A stretch of DNA of 63,980 bases, the filler included, from Pelomyxa schiedti (Eukaryota; Protista; Evosea): assembly GCA_020536535.1 (NCBI GenBank). It is 5 parts of 5 records of this genome, joined end to end, with 100 filler letters (N's around TTAATTAATTAA, not from the genome) between each part and the next. Parts side by side here need not be neighbours in the genome. Positions count along the whole stretch, not along the records: positions 22,663 to 40,867 come from JAHLWZ010001120.1; 4 more parts are not named here. One strand, 5' to 3'. The position numbers were made by a program, and so were the translations under genes. The notes below the pieces were generated by a model. The model did no database searches, had not been told where the DNA came from, and was given only the letters and a program-made list of their open reading frames with translations. This document shows, piece after piece, positions 25,768 through 40,967 of this stretch; positions within the stretch are counted from its first letter, which is position 1, and every line of letters begins with the position of its first letter.

Positions 25768-25821
25768 CCCCACCACAATCCGAAAAATGTTTTGAGTTGA
25801 AACTGATTTACAGTAACCTAA

Positions 25822-27552
25822 ATGGCAGACGAGGCCCCACGGGCGTCCGACGCACCCACCACGGCTGCCACAGCAACAACAACAGCAGCGGCGACCGTCG
25901 TAGCCACTCGTGCGTCGTCGACTGGTGGGCTGGGGGACGGGGGGTCGTTCAGTGAGCTGCAGCGGGGGTACCGCCGGGTCGTGGAGTGCGAGGCGGACGG
26001 GGTGGAGACGGCCGAGGTGACGCGGCGGATGGCGCAGCTCCACGCCGCGGTGGCGGCAGCGTCCCTCGTTTCGCGCAACGAGACCCTCGACGACATATCC
26101 ACTGGCTCCCTCAAGTTGTGTTGTTGTTGTTGTTGTTGCTGTTGCTGTTGGCGATGTTTATCCCATAATAATAAGAATAATAGTACCCCCTATTACATCA
26201 TCCTGTACAGTACATACAGTGCATGCGTGTGTGTTGTTGACGCTGTAAAATGATGGGGAGGGTTACAATGATGGGATAAATGTCTATATCGTCAATTAAT
26301 TAATATCCGTTATGGGAGTTGACTTGTTGTTTTTGTTTCACACACAGGTACCTTTTGGTGCCGTTTTACTTGGGCGATTTGATAAGCAGAGGTTACACTT
26401 CAAATAGGATACCAATGCTGAAGAGAGCAATCGTACGATTGACCCACCTACTCATGCAGTGTTTTTTAACACAAAGTGTCAAGGCTTCGATGTCGAGCTT
26501 CCTGGAGGACGTGGAGCGACTCAAATTGGTTCACCCTGACGTGAGTTCCTCTCAAAAAAAAATCCCACTTCTAATAAAGTTCGTGACTTCACCACTCACA
26601 GGATTTATTTTCGGTCCGGACAGAGTCTCCTGCCGACCCTTCTGCAGCGCGGGCAATGAAGTTGGCACAATACGCCAGAGAAAAACAGGCCAAACAAGCT
26701 TTGCAAGTGCACTGTCCTTCCATTTTTACTCACATTAATAACTAAAATTCCCACACAGCAACAAGTCGTTGCAAGTGATCTTGCCAGAAAGAGGAATGAG
26801 GACCCTGAGGAAGCTGACAGAGAGCAACTGCTTTGCCATCTCAGACTCTCCGCCATTCAGTGTTGCCAGCAACTCAAAGTAATGTTGAACGAAATAACAA
26901 TAACCATGTGTCATTGCCTCTGACTCGTCTCATCTCATCTCCCTGCCCTTGCAGATGACACAACAAGAACTGGATATGTTGGAGCAAATTGAGAAGATGA
27001 AGGCAACCGGAAGAATGCCCACCGCACCTCCTCGTCCACCGCCACCACCACAACAACCAATAACGATCCTCCCCGTTGCCTCTGCAAGCCGATTGCAGGT
27101 GCAATCGAGAGTTTTTCAGGTATATATATTCATGAATGCAACCAAAACTCTTTCCGTGGAAGTAATTGAACACACAGCCCGGATATTCTTTGCCGACAAT
27201 GACTCCGGAGCAAGCTTTTGAACTGGACATGCAGAACAACAGCAATTACATTGTCAGACAAGCGTGAGTATAAACTAATGCCATCTATATACACCACTGC
27301 AAGACATTCACATACAAATTCTCTCAGGGACACCACAACCCGAACAGAAGAAACAGAAAGAGATGAAGATGCCGGAGATGATGATCCTGACGCCGTGAAC
27401 AAGGTATTCTCAAATATATCTCTAATATAATAATAACAATAATAAAACACCAAACAACAACAATAACAACAAATTACCATAAGGCACGACGGTGGGATGC
27501 GTGGAAGGATACACACCCAACTGGTTCCGGCAACAAGAAAGGTCAAGGCTAA
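25822..27552 (+). CDS. TAP42: TAP42/alpha4 PP2A regulator, multi-exon
   Basis: SRNETLDDISTGSLK|YLLVPFYLG N-terminal signature and ARRWDAWKDTHPTGSGN C-terminal signature; stop TAA 27550-27552. Confidence 0.92.
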
Positions 27553-27663
27553 ACATTATCCTGTTGATCCACACCCATAAAGTTTCAAACACACCAACAT
27601 TTGTAAAACATTAAGGGGCCAAAAAAAGCCACCACAACAAGCTTGTTTGGTGTTGCAGCCAAT

Positions 27664-30041
27664 TTAAATTGAGTGTAATGCATGGAGAGCATCAGAAGCA
27701 GAGAGCCTGGTGGCACGATCACGTGAGACCATCCCAACAAGAACCTGTGCAATGCTGCCAATTGCTGTTGGCGATGTTGCTGTTGCAGTCTTGGTGGCAG
27801 CAGAGACCTTGGTGGAACGATCACGTGACATCATCCCAACAAGAGCCTGTGCGATGGTACCCACCACCGTTGTGTTCGATGGCGCTGCTGCTTCTGCAGA
27901 TGTGGTGGCGACGGTGGTGGGGGGTGTAGTGTGGGGAGTAGTAGTAGTGCCATTTGCTGTGGAGGTGCCATTGTCGCTGTTGATGTGGAACCATTGTGGA
28001 GGGAGAGGAGGGAGCAACTCGGGGGTGAAGGTGCACATGTCTTGTTTGAACCGGCCGATGAACTTGTTGGTGGGTGGCAGCATGGCATCGTAAAAGGTGA
28101 GGGCGAGGGAGAAGGAGTCGCACTTGGCGAACGAGAACACGCAGGATGGGCCGCGCATCCTCACGAGGTCCCTGGAGAGTGCACTCACCTCGGGTGGCAT
28201 CGTGCCTGTGTTGCCCCACACCTGCCCGTTCTCTGCCCTCGTAACTGTCACTAGAAGCTCATCATCGTCAGTGGAAGAACACTCCACGGCTTCTCCAAAG
28301 TCAATCAACGTGAGCTTGTGAGTGGCTGGGTCAACAAGTATGTTGTCTCCTTTGATGTCCCTGCCAAAAATACAACAACATGAACAAAACGGAATGGAAA
28401 AAACAAAAAACAACCTGTGGACAACATGTGCTCTTTCGAGGTGAGCCACAGCACTCAGTGATTGAAGAAGCAAGTTCCTCACTGTCCTGGCTGTTACATC
28501 AAGCAGAAATTTAACCAATGGAACACCACAGAAAGGAAGCAGGAAAGCAAGTGACTTGTTCAGTGCAAATTCTCTGTAAACTGGCTGATCTGAGGGAATT
28601 GCATCAATGAACTCGGGTGGGAATCTTTCTTTGTTGAGGATTCTGGCTTATTTGTACATTTACTCTTGATTGTTGTGCTTATATTATATACGTTCTTACA
28701 GTTAACACCTCATCATACACACCGAGGAATGACAAGAGTTCCAAGAGGGTGGATAACATTTGGATGAAGTGGCACCGATGCAAGAACAATGCACTCTTTC
28801 ATGTACTTCTGCTTGATAAGAGTCTGCCGTGGTGTGTTCTCCCAGTTGAACAGGACTTTCATTGCCATGGTCGTTGGTGGTGCGTTGTTTTCATCACTTG
28901 TGGTGTTGCTGTTGCCCAGAGGAGGATGTGTGGTGGATGGGGAAGGAGCAGAAGGTTGAAGGTGGTGGTGCAACTGCGGCACACTGCTGCATCCTCCTCC
29001 ACCCCTGGGGAAAAATTTGACCTGGAATGTGGCTGCATTTGAGCCTGAACCGAGGAATTTCATCATTGTAAAAGAATCAATGTTTACTCCAACCAACGAT
29101 GTCATCGTCTCTGCTCTCTCCTGGTTTTTTGTTAAAGTGGGAGTTAAGGGATTTTAGTCAGTGATGACCTTGTAACATGCTTTGAGAACAGAGTTCTCCT
29201 CCTCAAGTGCCTGGATCCTCTTCTCCTTTTCTTGAAGTTTCCCTTCGAGAATCAGTACCCTCTCGTTCATTTCTCTCAATGAATCACCAAGACGCTTGTT
29301 CTCCACTGTGATTCTTGCAATTTCTCTCTCTTTCTCACTCATCTCCAACTCGAATGTGCTATTTTTTGGTGTTGCTGTGGTGGGCTTTGAGGATTGTACA
29401 AATCGCGAGGTGTTGTGAGCCTTCAAGAGGTTGCAGATATCAGTGCAGTTCTTTCTTGTTGCCACATCGAGCGGTGTTTCACCTTGGCTGTTTTTGCAGT
29501 TTGCGTCGATTCCACAGACTTTGAGCAGAACCTTCGCCCCTTCCACGAATCCCTCTTCACAAGCCACGTGCAGTGCCGTTTGCCCGTTCAGATACTGGTC
29601 CCCTGGTGTCTTCACCACCAAGTTGACGTCCACACGTGGGCACCCAAGCAACGCCACCACCACGCCCACTTGGCGCCACAGACACGCGATGGCCAGCGGG
29701 CACCCCTTGTTGACATCCACGTCGGGCCTCGCCGCCAGCATCCTCGCCACTGCCTCGTGACCCTTCCAAGCAGCGAGGCACAGCGGCGTCATGCCGTCGC
29801 CGTCGGTTGTGTTTGGGTCGACCGGGGGGTCACGCCGCGCGCCCACCGGGCCGAGGAGCTGGCCCACGAGCGGCCCGTGGCCGTGCTGGCACGCGACGTG
29901 GAGCAGGGTATGGCCGGACCCGTCGATGGGGGCGTTGATGTCCCACGCGGGAGACGGCGGCAGCGCGGCCATGCGGCCGTCCGCGCACGCGGCGTACATG
30001 TCCAGCCGCTTGTCCCATGCCAGCCGCTTTGTGGTTGTCAT
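27664..30041 (-). CDS. Ankyrin-repeat + coiled-coil + PINK1-like Ser/Thr kinase, multi-exon
   Basis: ANK motifs TLLHVAC, TPLCLAA, TALHVAC, TPLDVA; kinase LGSGSNA, MAMKVLFNW, HPNVIH, HR|DIKGDNILV, IDFGEA, GNTGTMPPEV, FAKCDSFSL. Confidence 0.85.
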
Positions 30042-30171
30042 TGCGGTGATGGTATGGGTTATTCTTGGTGGGTGTGAGAGGTGTCACTAGATAATGGGGT
30101 ACAGAACGGCACCACCAACAGTCGCAAAATTTTGTTTTTGGTAGTCCACACTGGCTGTTGACACTCCTCAA

Positions 30172-30245
30172 ACGCCACAGGAGGAACATCATGCGCTGGG
30201 ACCTCCAAGCACCAACGACGTTGGAGTCTTCTGGCACTCCAAAAC
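30172..30245 (+). pseudogene. Degenerate inverted copy of a kinase catalytic-loop exon
   Basis: CACAGGAGGAACATCATGCGCTGGGACCT…TCTTCTGGCACTCCAAAA aligns to the minus-strand exon at ~32955-33028 ([22 protein letters not shown]). Confidence 0.7.
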
Positions 30246-30542
30246 GCACAAGTAAAAAAACAATACCGTTGTTGCCGCAAACGACCACAAGTGCACAACA
30301 ATCAAAACAACACATGCACAACACGTCTAGACAACTACAAGATCTGGCCCCTACCGAGACTTCGCACGCACATTCAGCCTCCTCTTCGCGCTCGCGTTTG
30401 TTGCCACGAAAGATCAAAGCACCCAAAGAAAATGTGTGATCTGCACAGGTACATCTCAACATATCCGACACATTCAAGCACTGAAGCAGCCTCACACAGC
30501 TGTCAAAGAGTGGCACCTTAATTGCCCTGCGTTGAGTCGGGA

Positions 30543-31732
30543 ATGGACGGATTAATTGGAAACACACCATTGGTGGAATTAAAGAAGATCTCACTGCACG
30601 CTGTTGTTGGCGGTGCGGGACGTGTGCCGCCAGTGCGGATATGGGCAAAGTTGGAGATGTTCAACGTCGGAGGCAGCGTGAAGGACCTTGTCGCAATGTC
30701 GATGATAAACGACGCTGAGGAGCGCGGCGCACTTTTACCTGGCGGTAAATTCTCGAGGCGACGTCGGGAAACACCGGCATTGGCCTGGCACTCGTCGGCG
30801 CGAGGCGCGGATATCACGTGACTCTCGTCATGCCAAGATCCGTGTCTGTGGAGAGAAGGAAATTATTGAAGGTAAACGCGTCTCTTCGGCCTTTGAGAAA
30901 AAGTAACTGGTTTCTCAGGCTTATGGTGCCGAGCTCACCCTGGTTGACGGGAGCACTGCTGCGGCTGTGAAGAAGGCACAAGAAATTCACACAGATCACC
31001 CTGGTTTCTATTTCTCTCTCCGTATTCCGTTTTTTTCACACTTGTGTGTGAAGAATACTTTTACGCCAGCCAGTTCACAAACCCCGCAAATCCTCGTATT
31101 CACGAGCAGACCACCGGGCCCGAGATTATCCAGACTTTCGAGAAGCAAGGACTCCATGTTGATTGCTTTGTTTCAGGAGTGGGCACTGGCGGCACCATAA
31201 CCGGTGTGGGTCATGCTTTACGCAAGGCATATGGTAAAATCACTCTCTGCATTTTCCTTCATTTAATTGCCACTCCAAGGTGACTCTGTCGCCATAATTG
31301 CTGTGGAGCCTGATGCATCTCCAGTCCTGAGCGGAGGGTCTCCTGGACCCCACAAAATACAGGTACAAACCCACCACCATCATTACAGTCTCCAACAACA
31401 CCCACCAATTTTAGGGAATAGGAGCTGGCTTTATCCCTGAGGTTCTTGACAGGACCGTTTACAACGAAGTTTACCGCGTGTCCTATGAAGACGCACTCCA
31501 GAAAATGACCATCTGTGGAACACAGGAAGGCCTCCACGTCGGCGTTTCTGCGGGTGCCGCACTTCACGCTGCGGTAACATGGGCCAAACAGGCTGCTGCG
31601 TCATCCCACTCCACCACCACCACCACTTCCGCAACAACAACAAGCCCCGCTTCAGCCACAGCACCGCTGAATGTGGTTGTGGTTCTGCCGGACACAGGCG
31701 AGCGTTACCTCAGCCTCGTCGATTCTGAGTAA
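30543..31732 (+). pseudogene. cysK: Cysteine synthase (O-acetylserine sulfhydrylase, CysK-like), intron-containing, with 1-nt frameshift
   Basis: IGNTPLVEL, AKLEMFNVGGSVKD, (shifted frame) [40 protein letters not shown]|IGAGFIP, LPDTGERYLS. One A is missing at 30747-30749. Family call is secure; pseudogene status is not. Confidence 0.8.
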
Positions 31733-31991
31733 ACACCGAATAAAGACACAATACATGTAGATAGGTCGTAATGATCTTCACTCTGTCAAACAGAGTGATT
31801 GTCTACCACGATTCTACAGTATTGTTGTGAACCATACCCAAATTGTTAAAGTCACAATAAAACAAACTTCTTTTTTTTTTTCAAGTTGACGGTTTTCGTG
31901 CTTATCATCTTCAGCTGAGACAAAGAGGGTCATTTGTGCATGGTGAGAGTGTGAGTGCCGATGATGATGGGGTATCTGATGATGGGGGTGC

Positions 31992-35685
<3,694 letters not shown>

Positions 35686-36648
35686 GACGGTTCAGTTTTT
35701 ACGTTGGTTTTTTACTCAAAAGGATGGTGCAGAAAGGAGAGTATTTAAAAAGTATGTTTGATTATTGAGGCAGTAGTAGATGAACGCGCACCCTCTGCCA
35801 ACAAGATTAGCACGCGAATGATAGGAATAATGAAGTAGGAACATATGCAAGAACAAGGCATCATGATTTTTGTATGTCATCATGTGATCAGTTCTCTCAA
35901 TTGCCGCAAATTACAGCAGGTTGCTCTCGGTGCTTCAAGTGGGACTTAAAATGAGAGTAGTGCGGAGAGGAGTAACAACCCCTGGAATAATCGTAGTCCA
36001 GGAGAGCTCTACCTGTGTAACATTCAACAAATAAAAGAACAAGAATAGATTATATGCACATAATTCCTCCTGTGTTCACTAAGTTTAAAAGAACGAAACG
36101 AATGAAGTGCGATAATTTGGCTTCCATGTCAAAAATCGTTTCCATTTCTAAATTAATCAGTTTTAAAGCATTATAAATCGATAAACAAGGCACTCTTTGC
36201 ATACTTTTCCCCTAGATTTAGTAATTCATACAGATTTTACAGACACAGTCACGGCATCGTGAGAGTACTCTTTTTGAGGGTAAACAGGGAATTAGACTCA
36301 TTTCCAACAACAAATGCCATTACCGCTTTGAAATGCCAGTGAAGAAAGTTTCTTCTCCCAATTTCTGGGACCGGTCCCTGACCCCAGAAGTACTAGTATA
36401 AGCCTGCACATCGGCGGGCTCTTCGCCCGATTATTCCCTTGCGTGATGGTAATTAAGATAACACATCACATGACGATAACGAAAATGACTGGTGATTCTT
36501 TTATATTATAAGGAAGATTGCCACTAATAACGATCATCCCGTTGCAAACCGTTTTGGAAGAGGCTGGCGTGATCCAGTTTTGGACCTCAGATATCTCGAT
36601 TGATCGCCAGCATGTTCACCAAAATTTAAAGACAACACTCGAAGTACG

Positions 36649-39600
36649 ATGGCAACAAAGACATGCAACCACCCACGTGTTGGGCCATGGGAGTGGTTCC
36701 TTGCTGTCGACGACGGGGACACCGAAGCAATGCGCCGCATGCTGGCCGGCGACCCCAGCCTCGTCCACTCGGTTAACGACAGACGCCAAATGGTGGTGCG
36801 TAGCGCGTGGAGTTGGGGGGGGCTCTTCGTTGCATCTCACTTTGGAGTTATTATAACTTACGTTTTCACTGCAGACAGCGTTGCACGCGGCGGCGTGGGG
36901 AGGGAAAGAGCGGTGCGTTGACTTACTGTTGTCAATGAAAATCAATGTCGGTTCCCAGGTTTGTACATCTTTCTTCACGTGTCGTGTGTGAACTCATCAC
37001 AAACTGCATCACACAGATTGTACGTAAATTCCTGTATATGTTCGCATTACACTCCCACATCCACCTTAAATGAAAAACTAAACCAAGTGTATGACATCTC
37101 CAGGGTAAAGCTGTATGTTTCATCCTCCCTCTTTGATGAATCATTCAATTTCTCACTCCCTCTTTCACTTTTAGGGAGTATGTAACTGCTCAACCCTCTT
37201 TGATTGATGCTCAGCTTCACACTCACTTCAATTCCCCCTTTTGCCTTGTTGCACTTTTAGATTGTGTGTCACTACCTATCCCCCTTTCAATTATCCACCA
37301 ACTTCTCACTTGCTTAAATTTCTTTTTTGGTTTGCCTTATTGGGCTTTCAGCTTGTGTGTAACCACCTCCAAACCTCTTTATATGTGTCACTCACTTCAA
37401 TTTCCCTTTTTATCTTTGCATTGGTCCACTTTTAGAATGTGTGTAAGGATCTGAACCTCTTTGAAATCACTAATTTGCTTTCAGGGAGTATGTAACAATC
37501 CTCAGGCCAATGATTCATTCTCATGCACTTCAATTTCCCTCTTTTACTTTGCCTTTTAGATTGTGTGTAACCGCAGCCCTCTTTGCATTCATCCATTTCT
37601 CACTCACTTCAATTTCTCTTTTACTCTGCCTTTTAGTCTGTGTGTAACCACCCGACACTCTTTGAATGACTCACCAATTTCTCACTCACTTCAATTTTCC
37701 TATTGCTTTTCCTTGCTGTGCTTTTAGTATGTGTGTAACCCAGCCCTCTTTGAATCACTCACCAGGTTTCTCACTAATTTCAATTTTCCTCTTTCAGGGA
37801 GTATGTAACTACCTCTTCAAATTATTATCCAATTTCTCACTCATTTCAATTTTCCTCTTTCAGGGAGTATGTAACTCCCTCTTCAAATTATTCTCCAATT
37901 TCTCACTTGCTCCGATTTCCCTCTTTTCCTTTGCCTTGGTGGCTTAGCTTGTGTGTAAATGCCAAACAGGCTTTGAGCGATTAACCAATTTCTCACTCCA
38001 ATTCAGGGAGTATGTCTCTTTGTTTGATTCATCAATTTCTCACTTACCTTAATTTCCTCTTTTAATTTGCTTGGTGCACCTAGTATGTGTGTTAACCCAC
38101 CCTCTTTGAATGATTCACCGATTTCTCACATAAATTTCTCCCTTTTGCTTTGCCTTGTGGCATTTTAGAATGTGCGTAATAACCCCATACATCCAGCAAT
38201 TTCTCACTCCTTTCAATTTCCCTCTTTGCCTTGTGGCCTTTTAGAATGTGCGTAAGCAGCCAAAACATCCATCAACTTCTAACTCGTTTCAATTTCCCTC
38301 TTTTGGATTTGCGCTCTTAGTATGTGTGTAGCCAACCAACATTCCTTGAATGATCCACTAATGTCCAACTCCCTTCCTTTTCCTTCTTTTGCTTCACCTT
38401 GGTGTGCTTTCAGTATGTGTGTAGCCTCAAACACTCTTTGATTAATTCACCCTCACTTCAATTTTATTCAGGGAGTATGTAACCACCCAACCCCGGGAAT
38501 GATCCATCTTTCTCACTCATGTCAATTTCCCCCTTTTCGCACTTTTAGATTGTGTGTAACCACTCAACCAACTTTACATAATTGACCAATTTCACTTTTA
38601 AAAAGGGAGTATGTAACTGTCCCACCATAATTAATTTCTCACTTGCTGAATTTCCCTTTGCTTTGCATGTTTCTGTTCTTGATCATATGATAGACTGTAT
38701 GCCAACCCCTTTTGATACTTCATATGCTTACATTTGTTGTGCAGGAAGTATGAGTGTTTTGTTTTGTTGGCACCTTACTTATTTCTTCTCTTGGTTCTTC
38801 TCTTTTAAATCAAGGGTGATGTATGTCTCCACTTTTTTGAGTTTAGTTTGGTTCAACCTTTCTTCTCTCTCAGACTGCACTTCACCTTGCCTCTAGACAG
38901 GGAAATGTTGAAATTGTGAAACGACTTCTCTCGTGTGTAGGTATTGATCCTCAGATCAAGGTCTCTCTTTCCCCAAGTGTGGTTGAAGTATAGTAATTTT
39001 CTATCTTCACAGAACAAGGAGGGAAAAACAGCTCATGAGTGCTCGAAAAATGATGAAGTTCAGCAACTCTTCCAATCTGTAATGTGTTGCACAATTCCTG
39101 CTGCCACACTTGTGCAGGCAGTCTCCACACCCAAAGTACCCAAAGTTTCTGTGCCACCAAGAAAAAAACTACCAGAACCACCCATCACAATCACTTCACT
39201 TGATCAACTTCACAGTCTCATCATCAAAGACCTATCTTCATTCGCTCCCAACAAACCATCACCATCACCATCATCCCCCTCCAGGGTTCTATCCAAAGTC
39301 GCTGAAGATGTCATCAACCACTTTGGGAAACAAAGTACCATCATGGAGGCATCAGTTCTAATGGTGGTCACAGACCAATTATCGCGAACCCTGCCAATTC
39401 TACTTGATCAGCATAAGGTTCACCAAAGCAATGTAGAAAACAATGCTGCGCAAGTTGAAGCCACAGAGAAGCAAGTGGCACTGGCACAGGCGCATGTGCA
39501 AGAACTGGAACACCAACTTGCACAAGCACAACAACTTCTAGTGGAAATCACCAAGGCCAACACTCTTGCAAAGGAGCAACTCATTGAGTCCCGCAAATTT

Positions 39601-40569
39601 GTGGAGACTACAACCCAAAACATTGGCATGTTACAAGAAAGGCAAGAGCCCCTCAAGTCCAAACTGGCTTCTCTCCAACATGTCCTATCCTCTCTGAGAC
39701 AGAAAGCAAGCACGCGAGATCTGCTGCAGTTCGACGTCAAGGACATTGGGGGCTTGCTCTGTGAACTGGGTCTTCAGAAGCACACTGAGAAGTTTACTGC
39801 AAATGAAGTTGATGGTGAGGTCTTCCTGCAACTGAACAAGACTGGGTTTGAGGAACTTGGAGTGATTGAGAGAGCAGAGCAGGACCTGCTGAACCACACA
39901 AGAGCAATGATACAGAACTGTGGCAAAATTCGTGCACCATGGAGCACAAGGGCAGCAGCAGCCTGGGATGTGGACAAGGTTACCGAATGGTTGCAATCCC
40001 AAGGAATACCTCCCCAGGCCATCTCATGGTTTCATGATAAGGGGATCACAGGCATCTCATTGCTTTTTATGGATGCACAGGAAATAAGCACAGTTCCAGG
40101 GCTGCCATTTGGACCCCGGCACAAGCTACTGAAGCGAATTGGAGAGCTTCAGTCCCAAGTCTACACACCAGGAAATTCCAATTCATCAGGTTTGTGGTAC
40201 CTACTCTCTAAGTCACCTACCACCCCATAAATAAAAAAACACAGGTCCAGGTCACACAACAGTACGTGCACATTATTCTGCTCCACCACCACCTGAATAC
40301 CTTTGCCCGATTACATGTGACTTGATGGACACTCCTGTTGTTGCTGCTGATGGGTGTGTGTTTGACAAAACCCTTTCCCTGTTTATAATTCCTGTGTTGC
40401 GTGCATGAAATCTAGTTACTGCTACGAGAAGCTCGTTATTGAGGATTGGCTGAGTACACACGACACATCCCCAATGACCAACACTGTTCTGCCCAGCAAA
40501 GTGCTGGTGGCCTGTGACACACTCCACAGATCCATTCTCGATTGGAAGACAGCCAATAACATTCCCTAA
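36649..40569 (+). CDS. Ankyrin repeats + coiled coil + 2 SAM domains + U-box E3 ubiquitin ligase
   Basis: ANK exons TALHAAAWGG…INVGSQ (ends 36958) and TALHLASRQGNVEIVKRLL…DPQIK|NKEGKTAH (from 38874); SAM motifs FTANEVDGEVFLQL and WDVDKVTEWL…GPRHKLLKRI; U-box EYLCPITCDLMDTPVVAADG|YCYEKLVIEDWL…TSPMT; stop 40567-40569. Confidence 0.9.
37017..38820 (+). other. Array of 25 predicted in-frame microexons (23 x 3 nt, one 9 nt, one 6 nt) inside the ANK-SAM-U-box gene
   Basis: Each unit is (pyrimidine tract)AG|NNN|GT(A/G)(T/C)GT or a close variant, usually with an upstream CTCAC/CTAAC-like branch motif; spacing 46-90 nt; no stop codons; the last exon GGTGAT completes the ankyrin G-x-TALH motif. Confidence 0.8.
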
Positions 40570-40967
40570 AAATGGATAGTCTATTAGGGTCCTTTCTTTG
40601 TAGTAGTGACGAGTCTGTGCCGGAAGACTTGGGCCTGGTGTAGTGAAGACAAATAGTTAGAAATGGGTGGAAATAGTGGCGGTATGGAGAGTACTTTCCA
40701 AATGGCATCGGCATCGTCAACGAGTTATGAGGTCACATTCACAACAGCAATGTAAAATAGTAGAGGTAATAACTGGCTCGTGGGGCCAGAGCGAAGGGAG
40801 GGCGGAAGTGTAAGGAACGTGGAGATACAGCCCGGCATAGTGACGAGAAATACTTCAGCATCACGGTNNNNNNNNNNNNNNNNNNNNNNNNNNNNNNNNN
40901 NNNNNNNNNNNTTAATTAATTAANNNNNNNNNNNNNNNNNNNNNNNNNNNNNNNNNNNNNNNNNNNN

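Noticed and set aside
25768-26043. N-terminal extension of the 781-aa ORF
   Set aside because: Non-ATG start overlapping TAP42 exon 1 antisense; the first ATG is 25767.
30745-30757. 13-nt GT-AG mini-intron repairing the cysK frameshift
   Set aside because: Removal deletes conserved I-L-E and does not restore the ATSGNTG frame.
37140-38660. CRISPR array or plain minisatellite
   Set aside because: Eukaryotic intron context, no identical repeats with unique spacers, no cas genes; the conserved parts are splice signals.
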